This document shows positions 10,204 to 21,246 of a stretch of 64,000 bases of DNA, piece by piece. This DNA comes from Carcharhinus amblyrhynchos. Lineage: Eukaryota. Positions within the stretch are counted from its first letter, which is position 1; each line of letters begins with the position of its first letter. The translations under genes were made by a program, and so were the position numbers. The notes under the pieces were generated by a model, which saw only the letters and a list, made by a program, of their open reading frames with translations, ran no database searches and was not told the origin of the DNA. Location: contig OZ336888.1 of the NCBI GenBank assembly GCA_965287045.1, positions 24,304,001-24,368,000 of the forward strand. Direction: 5' to 3'.

Positions 10204-13200
10204 CATTGAATCATAGAGGTTTATAGCATGGAAACAAACCCTTTGACACAATTTGTCAATGCCATCCCTTTTTTAACCACTAAGCTAGTCCCAATTGCCC
10301 ACTTTTGTCCCTTATCCCTCGATACCATCTTACTCATGTAACTGTCTAAACGCTTTTTAAAAAACAAAATTGTACCCGCCTCTACTACTATTTCTGGCAA
10401 CTTCTTCTAGACACCAGCACCCTCAGTGTGAAAAAATTGCCCCTCTGGACGCTTTTGTATCTCTGTCCTCACGCCTTAAACCTATGCTCTCTAGTTTTAA
10501 ACTCCCCTACCTTTGGGGAAATAATATTGACTATCTGGCTGATCTATGCCCCTCATTATTTTAGTGATTTCTATAGGATCAGCCCTAAGCCTCCTACGCT
10601 CCAGAGAGAAAAGTCTAAGTCTATCAGCCTCTCCTTATAACTCAAACAATCAATTCCTGGTAGCATCCTGGTAAACTTTTTCTGCACTCTTTCTAGTTTA
10701 ATTATATCCTTTCTATAATCAGGTGACTAGAACTGTACACAGTATTCCAAGTGTGGCCTTACCAATGTCTTGTACAACTTCAACAAGACATCCCAACTTC
10801 TGTATTCAATGTTCTGACCAATGAAACCAAACATGCTGAATGCCTTCTTCAATACCCTGTCCACCTGTGACTCCACTTTCGATGAGCTATGAACATGTAC
10901 CCCTGGATCCCCAGTGCCCTACCATTAATTGGGTAAACCCTGCCCTGATTCAATCTACCAAAATGCATCACCTCGCATTTATCTAAATTAAACTCCATCT
11001 GCCATTCGTCAGGCCGCTGGCCCAATTGATCAAAATCCCATTACAATCCGCGATAACCTTCTTCGCTGTCCACTGTGCCACCATTCTTGGTTTCATCTGC
11101 AAACTTACTAACCATGCCTCCTAAATTCTCATCCAAATTATTAATATAAATGATAAATAACAGTGGACACAACACTGATCCCTGAGGCACACAGCTGGTC
11201 ACAGGTCTCCAGTTTGAAAAACAACCCTCTAAAACCACCCTCTGTCTTCTATCATCAAGCCAATTTTGTATCCATTCGGTTATCTCACCCTAGATCCCGT
11301 GAGATTTAATCTTATGCAACAACCTACCATATGGTATCTTGTCAAAGGGCCTTGCTAAAGTCCATGTAGACAACATCAACTGCACTGCCCTCATCTACCT
11401 TCTTGGTTACTCCTTCAAAAAACTCAAATCAAATTTGTGAGGCATGATTTTCTACTCACAAAGCCACGCTGACTATCCCCAATCAATCTTTGCCTCTTTA
11501 AATTCCTGTAGATCCTGTCTCTCAGAATACCTTCTAACAACTTACCCACTACAGATGTGAGGCTCACTGACATGTAGATCCCAGGCTTTTCCCTGCAGCC
11601 TTTTTTAAACAAAGGCATAACATTTGCCACCCTCCAATCTTCAGGCAGCTCATCTGTGGCTGACAATTCAAACATCTTTGCTAGGGGACATGCAGTTTCC
11701 TTCCTAGCCTCCCACAATATCCTGGGATACACTTCATCAGGTCCTGAGGATTTATCTATCTTGATGCGCTTATAGGCCGGTTAGTTTAACGTCTGTTGTA
11801 GGTAAAATGTTAGAATCCGTCATCAAGGAGGAAATAGCGAGACACCTTGAGAGGAATTGCTTGATAGAGCAGGCGCAGCACGGTTTCGTTAAAGGGAAGT
11901 CGTGTCTGACAAATTTACTGGAGTTCTATGAGGATGTGTCTAGGGCGGTGGATAGAGGAGAGCCGGTGGATGTGGTCTTTCTGGATTTTCAGAAGGCGTT
12001 TGACAAGGTACCTCACGGGAGGTTATTGCAGAAGGTCAGGGGACAGGGAGTTGGGGGTAGGGTGTTAGCGTGGATAGAGGATTGGTTGTCAAATAGGAGG
12101 CAGAGCGTGGGGGTCAATGGGTGCTATTCGGATTGGCGGATGGTGACTAGTGGAGTGCCTCAGGGGTCGGTGCTGGGGCCTCAGCTATTTACCATTTATA
12201 TAGATGATCTGGAGGAGGGAACCGAGTGTAGGGTGTCGAAATTTGCTGATGACACCAAGATTGGAGGAAAGGCAAATTGTGCGGAGGGTGTGGAGAGTGT
12301 ACAGAAGGATCTAGATAGGCTGGGCGAATGGGCCAGGAAATGGCAAATGGAATTTAATGTTGGCAAGTGTGAGGTGGTCCACTTTGGTAGGAATAATGGT
12401 AGGAAGGATTATCACTTACGTGGTGAAAAACTGCAGCAGGCAACGGTGCAGAGGGACCTTGGGGTCCTTGTGCATGAGTCTCAAAAACCCAGCTTGCAGG
12501 TGCAGCAGGTGATCAGGAAGGCAAATGGGATGCTGGCCTTCATAGCGAGGGGGATTGAATATAAAAGTAGGGAGGTGTTGCTGCAGCTGTATAGGGCATT
12601 GGTGAGGCTGCAGCTGGAGTACTGTGTGCAGTTTTGGGCGCCATACTTATGCAAGGATATTTTGGCCTTGGAGGGAGTGCAGAGGAGGTTTACTAGGCTG
12701 AAGTTGAGGGGCTTGAGCTATGAGGAGAGGCTGAATAAACTAGGCTTGTACTCGTTAGAGTTTAGAAGAATGAGGGGAGATCTCATTGAGACGTATAAGA
12801 TGATGAATGGGATGGATAGGATAGAGGTGGAGAGACTCTTCCCGCTCAGAAAGGATAGTAGGACTAGGGGGCACAGCCTCAAGATAAAGGGGAGGCGGTT
12901 TAGAACGGAGTTGAGGAGGAACTTCTTCACTCAAAGGGTGTGAATCTCTGGAATTCTCTGCCCGTTGAAGTGGTGGAGGCTACCTCGCTAAATATTTTTA
13001 AGACGCGGGTTGATGGGTTTTTGATAAGAGAGGGGATTAAGGGTTATGGGGAGAGGGCGGGAATGTGGAACTGAGCCACGACAGATCAGCCATGATCTTA
13101 TTGAATGGCGGGGCAGGCTCGAAAGGCTAGATGGCCTACTCCTGCTCCTATTTCTTATGTTCTTATGTTCTTATCTCCTTCTCTGTCATATGTACACTCC

Positions 13201-13598
13201 TCAAGATATCACTATTTATTTCCTTAAGTTGTCTAACATCCATGCCTTTCTCAACAGTAAATACGGATGAGAAATATTCATTTAGGATCTCATCCATCTC
13301 TTTGGATCCACACATAGATGACCTTGTTGATTCTTAAATGGCCCTACTGTCTCCCTAGTTATTCTTTTGCCCTTTATGTACTAGTAGAATCTCTTTGGAT
13401 TCTCCTTTGCCTTAGCCGCCAAATCAATCTCATGTCCCTTTTTTACCCTCCTGATTTCTCTCTTAATTCTGCTTTACACCCTCTTTACTTTGAAGGGATT
13501 CACTTGATCCCAGCTGCCTTTGCATGTCATGTGCCTCCTTCTTTTTCTTGACCAGGGCCTCAATATCCCGAGTCATCCAGGGTTCCCTACTTCTACCA
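10204..13598 (-). mobile_element. Older degenerate CR1 LINE (ORF2 RT region and 3' end), itself interrupted at 11771-13174
   Basis: Frame-broken RT motifs VPQGSVL, KFADETK, SLTSVVGKLLE (ORFs 11041..11238, 11424..11732). Confidence 0.9.
11771..13174 (+). mobile_element. Young 5'-truncated CR1/HER1 LINE, reverse transcriptase domain to 3' tail
   Basis: 378-aa ORF with QHGF, LDFQKAFDKV, GVPQGSVLGP, FADD; 1-bp deletion near 12940 relative to sister copies; (TTCTTATG)n tail; CTTAT at both ends. Confidence 0.96.
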
Positions 13599-14149
13599 GT
13601 GACCCAAGATGTATAGTTAGGTGGATTAGCAGGTTAAATATTTGGAGTTACAGAGAGGGGGACTGAGTGGGATTGTGTTGGTGCAGACTCAATGGGCCAA
13701 ATGGCCTCCATCTGCACTATAAGGATTCTATGATTCTACAATTTGTGCCTGGAAGCCGAGACCGTCAGCCACAAGTTTACTCATAATGGCATCAAGCATC
13801 TTGATGACTATAACATTGCCACTCACCAGGTAAACCGACACTGTTTAAGGCCCCATATAGCTGCCTCCAAGCACTTTGGTCAAATGAGGATTTTCTTGAA
13901 TTTGCTCTGCTCCCCGTCACCTAATGGATCTTCCAGTGAATGAACATGAGGTATGCACTCCAGATTAGGTCATTATCAGCTGTGCATCCAAATAAATTAA
14001 AGGATTAAAAGGTGAGTAGCTCCAGAGCCTGTGAACATGCAATTATTCCTGCACTTACATCACATGACACCATTCCCCTCCCCCCACACAATGGTTTTAA
14101 ATCAGCTTCTATCTCATTGTGAATTTAACCCACATCACAATGCTTTTTG

Positions 14150-15270
14150 TTTGTTGTTCTTTCACAGTATCTGGGCATTACCAGTATTTAATTGTTCTTC
14201 CCTAATTGTATTTGAGAGATTGGTGGTGATTTGTCTTCTTGAACAACTGCAGTCCTTGTGGTGTATCATACATATTACACTGTACAGTTGGGGAATAGAG
14301 TTCTAGGATCTTGACCCAGTGACAGTGAAGAAATGGCAAATAATTCCAAGTCAGAATGGTGTACGACTTGAAGGGGAATTTTCAGCTGGTGGCGGTTCCA
14401 TGCATCTCCTGCCACTGACCTTCTGATGCACAACTGTTTCAACTGTTTCAGCTCTCTGAAAGCTCGTGATACCAAATAAATCTGTTGGACTTTAACCTGG
14501 TGTTGTGAGACTTCTTACTGTGTCCTTCTGGATGGCATAGGCTGCGAGCTTGGAAGGGGTTGTCATAAGACTATGGTGAGTTGCTGTAGTGCTTCATGTA
14601 GATGGTACACACTGCTGCTATGTTAGTGATGATGGCAGTGAATATGTAATGTGGTTTATGAGTGCCAATCAAACAGGCTGCTTTGTCCCAGATGGTGTTG
14701 AGCTTCTTGAATGTTGCTGGAGCTGCACTCATCCAGGCAAGTGGAGAGTATTCCATTACACTCCTGCCTTATGCTTTGTGGATGGTGGACAGATTTTGTA
14801 GAGTCAGGAGGTGAGTTACTCTCTGTAGAATTCTCAGCCTCTGACTTGCTCTCGTGAGCACAGTATTTATATGGCCAGTTATATTTTGGGTCAATGGCCT
14901 GCCCCCAGGATGTTAATAATGGGGACTGAATGTCAAATAGAGATAATTGAACTCTCTCTTGTTGGTCATTGCCTGGCACTTCCATGCATTTGTTATTTGC
15001 CACTTATCAGCCCAAACCTGAATATTGTCCAGGTTTGCTCTGTGCATGAACACAGACTACTTCAGTATCTGAGGGGTCAAAAATGTGCTGGCCATTGTGC
15101 AATGATCAACAAACATCCTCACTTCTAACCTTATAATGGAAGGGAGGTCCTTGTTGAAGCAGCTGGAGATGGTTGGGCCTAACCTGGGTAGTGCCTGGTT
15201 CCCATTGATTCCAGTTTTGCCATGGCTCCTTGGTGCCACATTTGGTCAAATGCTATTTCTCACCTCTGTT
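14150..15270 (-). mobile_element. Degenerate CR1/L2-group LINE 3' part
   Basis: MEYSPLAWMSAAP..DKAACLIG and MFVDHCT (FADD-like) fragments; tail shared with the SINE at 3442-3805. Confidence 0.8.
14426..14523 (+). mobile_element. Short Penelope-derived insert (same family as 17364 and 36285)
   Basis: GAAAGCTCGTGATACCAAATAAATCTGTTGGACTTTAACCTGGTGTTGTGAGACTTCTTAC, flanked by a CCTTCTG direct repeat. Confidence 0.8.
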
Positions 15271-15424
15271 GCTTAATTTGTTCCAGAATTGTGTGAAGGA
15301 TTTGTCTTTTGATTGTTTAAGGCTGGTAATTGATGAAGCATTCAGTATTAGGGAGGTGTGAGATCAGTCTTATCACCAAAATTAACAGTGACACTCTCCC
15401 ACAAATGTAACATTTATATATTCT

Positions 15425-15543
15425 TGGCAGAACTTTCCTGTCATGCCCGTTGTCAGAATCGTGGGCAGGACCATGTAAAGGTCCATTGACCCCAGGCGGG
15501 TTTCTCCAGCTTTGGGGGCGAGTGTGGCTGGAAAGTCTCGCCT
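15425..15543. mobile_element. MITE (~120 bp, probably Harbinger-related)
   Basis: Terminal inverted repeats GGCAGAACTTTCC..GGAAAGTCTCGCC; relatives at 24503-24627, 26513-26639 and 27568-27684. Confidence 0.65.
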
Positions 15544-15789
15544 CCTAAGCCTAACACTTCGTCAAAGTTTAAAATAAAGAAGCAAGTGCGATTTTACATT
15601 TCAAAATGTGAAATTTAACCAGGTTATTACGAGTTTGGAGAATAATATATTGTCGTTGTTTCCATGGTGATGGCACTGCAAGGCAGCAGAAATAGATATT
15701 TTTCAGGTTTGCTTAATGATCTTTGATATCATTATTTATGCAGATTCATTACTTGGGAAATTAAATAATTGAGGAAGAGTCAATAAAGG

Positions 15790-16375
15790 TGTCAGCAGCA
15801 GAAACACTGCTCTTTTTGAGGAATATTGATGAGGTGGACATGGGTTCTACACAGCATCATTTCAAAGTGTGCAGATGTCACAGAGCTTGGATATGTAATA
15901 AACCACGTGAAAGATAGCAACAGGCTTAAGGAGGATAAATGCAGTCTGGTAAAATAGGCAGAAAGATGCAACATAACACTAAGTTTGAAGTGATGCACTT
16001 TGGCGGAAAGAATGAGGTGAATTTGAGGAAACATTTTGAATGCAGTGGGTTGTCGGGACTTGCAGTGTATTGTCTGAAAGGGTTACAGAAGCAGATTCAA
16101 CGGCAACATTCAAACGAAAAATAGCAAGAGAATGGAATTAATTAGATAGCTCTACTTTGGGGCGAATGGGATCAAAAGTTCTGGGGGAGAAAGCAGGATT
16201 AGGCTATTGAGTTGGATGATCAGCCATGATCATGATGAATGGTGGAACAGGTTTGAAGGGCCAAATGGCCTCCTCCTGCTCCTTTCTCCTATGTTTCTAT
16301 GTCTATGTTTAAGAGCCAGCACAAACTTGATGGACTGAATGTCCATCTTTTGTGCTGCATCTTTCACGATTCTAC
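15790..16375 (+). mobile_element. Old CR1 fragments
   Basis: KFEVMHFGGKN motif; CR1-type 3' tails. Confidence 0.7.
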
Positions 16376-17363
16376 AAGGTGACTATTACCGGCCCAAACT
16401 GAATGGGTTGAGTCATGAAAGGTGTTAAAATTTTATAAATCTCAAAGTCAGCTGCAAGCTGCATCTAACCTGCCCACCTCCCAGATTTAATGGAAAATGG
16501 TGGACAGCAAACCCACTCCCATGGCATAGATTGTCTATTAATCTGGCCAGCATCCTTAGGGATCACCTGTTTTACAGGTTTAACCTGGCTGGCTGCATTG
16601 GGAAATCCAGCAGCTCAAGTGAGGTGAGAACATTTTTGGGGAATTGCTAAAGTGCCTTTGCAGCACTCCTTGTGGGCTTGAAAAAGAAGGAAATCTTCCC
16701 CTGCTCCTGGCTGTTAAGCTTATCTCCCACACTGAGATCAGACTTCTCCTACCCATCCGCCCCCCCTTCCCCCCCCACCACCACTACCATCAGCAATCCC
16801 ATATAAGCGCTTTCTCTCTGGGCCAGGATCAGACTTTCCTATCAGAATAGGAGCACCCACCCCCCTCCCTTAATGCCTCACAATCATACTCGCAGCTGTC
16901 AGATCCTACCTGATGTTGTAATCTGCTCCAGAGTGTTCTCTGCTTGGCATGAGAACAGCCCCGTCAATCAGAATGACATCAGGGTAGGGAACCTATTTTA
17001 TAAAAGAGTTATGCACTGTGGAATTAAATTTCCCCAGCATGAAGAGAAACTTTGACTTCCCCACCAAACCTGTCACTATCATGGCTGATGAATCCAGAAT
17101 AAGTTATGCAGCAGAAGGAGGTTTTATAAGACCAATTATATATATGTATATATATTTAGTTATCAAAAAATACAATTTTTTGCTATTTTGCTTCAAGAAA
17201 GGAAGCAATTCCCACATTATTATTCTTATTCTATCTGCACTTAAATCTCTTCTAAACTGAAATTCAAGATTCACAACACTTATTCCTTACAATGCAACTT
17301 CCCAACATTTGTTAGGTTCCAAAAGAGGCACTTCAAGGATATTCCAATGAAAGTAAAAGAAAA

Positions 17364-17650
17364 TGATGTGGAGATGCCGGCGTTGGATTGGGGTAAGCAC
17401 AGTGGGAAGTCTCAAAATACCAGGTTAAAGTCCAACAGGTTTATTTGGCAGCATTGGTTTTCGGAGTCTCAAGCTCCTTCATCAGGTGAGTGTTCACAAA
17501 CAGGGCATATAAAGACATATAAGGTGTCTTTAAATGCCCTGTTTATGAACACAAGTCCTCACTCACTTGATGAAGGAACTTGAGACTCCGAAAACCAATG
17601 CTGCCAAATAAGCCTGTTGGACTTTAACCTGGTGTTGTGAGACTTCTTAC
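17364..17650. mobile_element. Palindromic Penelope-derived element with hammerhead-like cores and a 12-bp TSD
   Basis: Inverted arms 17406-17517 and 17525-17646; TSD AGTAAAAGAAAA at 17352-17363 and 17651-17662. Confidence 0.85.
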
Positions 17651-17668
17651 AGTAAAAGAAAAGTCATG

Positions 17669-17977
17669 ACAGCACGGCGATACAGTGGTTAGCACAACTG
17701 CCTCACAGTGCCAGGGACCGGGGTTCAATTCCTGGATGTGGTCATTGTCTATGTGGAGGCTGCACATTTTTCCCATGTCTGTGTGGGTTTCCCCCGGGTG
17801 CTCCGGTTTCCTCCCACAGTCTGAAGGTCATGCTGGTTAGGTGCATTGACCATGCTAAATTCTCCTTCAGTGTACCTGAACAGGTGCCAGAGGGTGATGA
17901 TTTGGGGATTTTCACAGTAACTTCATTGCAGTGTTAATGTAACATTACTTGTGACATTAGTGAAAAAACTTAAACTT
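17669..17977 (+). mobile_element. V-SINE type B
   Basis: Complete head, core and tail. Confidence 0.9.
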
Positions 17978-18049
17978 AATTCCTTCATTTCTGACCAATT
18001 GTTCAGTGTGGTTTTAAAGGTCACCCATTGGGAGTCCAGCAGGAGTACT

Positions 18050-19000
18050 TTGTTGTTTAAAAAAAAACACTTGATTCATTAAATTTGTAAAGGTACATTG
18101 CATAACTGTTCTAATTTGACATTACTCAAAGTGGAATGCTATTCAATTTCTTTCAATACAGCGCCTAGCATTCTGTGGTGCATCACAGATTATATTTGCA
18201 ATGGCATATCAGACATTTTCCTGTGCATATGGCCCAGGGGGTTATACTCATGTTCCAGGCTTCAAACAATGGCCATTCTCCTTGGAGCTTTTATGGTGGT
18301 TGGTCAAGAATTAGTCTGTCCCTCAGTACGTAGTCCTGAACATTGGAATGTGCCCATCTGCAGTATTTGACCATGGGCAGTACATTGCATTAAAGGACCA
18401 ATGTATTTCAGACAGACCAAAAAGAGTGTTTTTCAATAGCTGCTAGTCCTCCAGCTACAAATGGTGGTTGTGTGGGTTTGCCACCCTGGAAACAGCCCTG
18501 CATTACAGAGTTTCTCAGGATAAAGCTCAATCATTTCTTTCCAGACCTATCTTCAAAAAGATACTTTCCAGAAAGAGATAGACGACATAGTCTCTTCCCC
18601 AATGCTGCTGCATAAAGCGCAGCGTGCAGTACCAATGAAACTCTAGGGATGCAATCTTACCGGCCATTCACGCCATACTCCCACTCCAGCGAGCTCAGAG
18701 AATTTGGCGTCTAGTCAAATCTCTGTTTGCTACTGTGGGATGGAAAAAAACATGTTGGCACAAACAGGGGTAACATTTCAGAATAGACCAAAAAGAGTGT
18801 TTTTCAATAGCTGCTAGTCCTCCAGCTGCCGAAAGGATCTAACGAATCTCACAACTGGCCAAGCTACACCCCAGTGTTTATTTTGAAAGTTCTGGCAATG
18901 AGGTATTCTGCTGGATGACTTGGACAGTGTGCTCAGGAGCAGACATGATGCACCATTTCCTTTTCTTCCAAGGTCTTGAGGACATTATGTATGTATCACT
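18050..19000 (-). mobile_element. Degenerate Tx1/L1-clade LINE ORF2 C-terminus
   Basis: Frame-broken VLKTLEEKE..PEHTVQVIQQNTSLPELS, GLFPG and HSNVQDYVLRD, recalled from Tx1-like shark LINEs; MITE inserted at 18646-18781. Confidence 0.65.
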
Positions 19001-19700
19001 TCCTCATGGACAAAGATCCTTTTCTGCACAATCTGTCTGGGTGTGCAGAGTGCAAATTCCTGGGTGTGTGGGGTGTACAGATCTGGGTGTGTGAAGTGCA
19101 AATTCCTGGGAGTGTGAGGGAGTTTGACTGATGTTTAAGTAGTTGAATCGATATTGAGAGATGAATTTTGTAAACACCTGAGAGAGGATTCTCTGCACCA
19201 TCTGGAAAGTAAGGAGAAACATCTGCCTACAGTGGCAGTACTTTGCAGAGCAATTGCACTTGACTTTTATCTGGTTACCTTCAATGTTTGTACATTGGCA
19301 ACCAACAAAATTAACATTGATCTCCTTCTCTCTTAAAACCCCATTCTTGTTCATGGTGTTGCTGCTGCAAGAGCAATTAATACTGGTGCTATTCTAAAGT
19401 CAGTAATATTTCACTTTATCATTGAAATCTGATTCCTGAACAATTACAGCATCATGCATTAATCCGGTTTTCAGCAGAGAGGTTTGATGGTGTCCCTTCA
19501 CAACCAAGTAACTCTGAAGATACTGATTTTCAAAGAAACCATTGTACTCTGTCTTGAGACTATCAATGAAATCATGACTGAATGTATTGTGTACCATCAG
19601 CCATGTTCTATTAAATAGGAAGGGTTTGCTTTAGCACTTTCTAAGATATCAATTTTCAATCTATCCAGCTGACCTTGGCAACTGCTTTCTGAACTATACT

Positions 19701-20011
19701 CATAAGATCATTGAATCCCTACAGTGCAGAAGGTGACCATTCAGCCCATTGACCACAATCCTATCCCAGGCCCCCTCCACCGTAACTCCAGTATTTACCC
19801 TACTAATCTCCCTGACTCTAAGGGACAGTTTAACATGGCCAACCAACCAAACCTGCACACCTTTGGACTGTGGGAGGAAACCGGAGCACCCTGAGGAAAC
19901 CCACGCAGACACAAGGAGAATGCGCAAACTCCACACAGACAGGACCCAAGTTGGGAATCGAACCCAGGTCCCTGACACTATGAGACAGCAGTGCTGACCG
20001 CTGTGCCACCC
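19701..20011 (-). mobile_element. HE1/V-SINE type A
   Basis: Complete copy in reverse orientation. Confidence 0.9.
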
Positions 20012-20444
20012 ATAACTGTTGTTGATCACTAACCTTTTCTCCATTGCTTCATGAAACTTGACCTTCTCAGAGGCCTCTATCTTCCCCCGTCACACCTAAC
20101 CCTTGACTTCCCTTCTAAATTCTCTTCAGCTGAATTCAAACAGTCATCATTTCCCTTACAAGGTGTGAAAGTTCTAAGGATGTAGTGAAAAATCAAGAAC
20201 AAAGATTTCATTATATACCTTTTTTTACAACAAAGGACACAGCACAGGAAAAACTTGTGACAGCAGCAGAAACAGGAGCGTTTTACCTTGGTGTGATTCA
20301 TAACTTAAGTCCTGAGAGTAATTATAAATTGCTTCCAATGTTTCTACTAGACTCAGAAATCGCTAATTAGGAAATGTCTTGTCAATGCACAAAAGCAAGC
20401 AGATTCAATGAGAACAGTTTAGCTCCTACATCGTAGGAAGTTTT

Positions 20445-20855
20445 GGCACGGTGGTAGTTAGCACTGCTGCCTCATAATGCCAGGATTTAATTCCGGCCTT
20501 GGGTGACCATTTGCATGTTCTCCCCCTACCTGCTTGGGTTTCCTCCGGGTACTCCAGTTTCCTCCCACACTCCGAAGATGTGTGGGCTAGGTTGAGACGC
20601 CATGCTAAATTGTCCCATAGTGTCGGGGGATTGGCAGGGAAAATACGTGGGGTTACGGGGATAGGGTCTGGATGGGATTGTTGTCTGTGCAGGCCCGGTG
20701 GGCTGTATGGCCTCATTCTGCAATGTAGAGATTCTATGATTTTATGATAAATACATGAGGTTAAAGGGATAGGGCCTGGGTAGGATTGTTGTCGGTACAG
20801 GCTAGATGGGCTGAATGGCCTTCTTCTGCACTGCAGGGATTCTATGATTCTATGA
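20445..20855 (+). mobile_element. Type A SINE with a doubled 3' tail
   Basis: Tail module (AAATAC.TG..GGATAGGG..GATTCTATGATT) at ~20640-20745 and again at ~20749-20855. Confidence 0.85.
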
Positions 20856-21005
20856 AATGAATTAATCATCAATTAACAAGTTGCATGGATATCTCAAATA
20901 AGGAAATTTTTCCTTGTAGTTGTTTGATATTTTTAAGGGTAGAAGGAATTAAATATGGCTTACTTGATTTTTACCATGCAAACAATAAGACAAGTGATGG
21001 CACCT

Positions 21006-21246
21006 GATTTGATTTGATTTGATTTCTTATTATTACATGTATTAGTATACAGTAAAAGTATTGTTTCTTGAGTGTTTCTTGTGGCAAAGCACATAAAAAA
21101 GGAGAGAGCGGAGAATGTAGTGTTGCCATCACAGCTGGGATGTAGAGAAAGATCAACTTAATACAAGGTATGTCCATCCATAAATCTGACGGCAGCAGGG
21201 AAGAAGTTGTTCTTGAGTCTGTTGGTATGTGACCTCAGACTTTTGT
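21006..21246 (-). mobile_element. Rex/Babar-like LINE 3' fragment with (AAATC)n tail
   Basis: TNRLKNNFFPAAVR end motif; the same tail type occurs at ~33895-34047 (+). Confidence 0.65.

Larger units (their letters stand above)
10082..13738 (+). mobile_element. Type A SINE split into 10082-10203 and 13599-13738 by nested LINEs
   Basis: GCTAAATTGCCCCTTAGT resumes as GACCCAAGATG..GGATTCTATGATTCTA. Confidence 0.8.

Noticed and set aside
11807-12943. 378-aa ORF as a host or domesticated gene
   Set aside because: 5'-truncated CR1 ORF2 with a LINE tail, a frameshift near the end and near-identical sister copies.
19035-19120. Two ~46-bp tandem units containing GTGCAAATTCCTGGG
   Set aside because: Ordinary local tandem duplication with no further structure.
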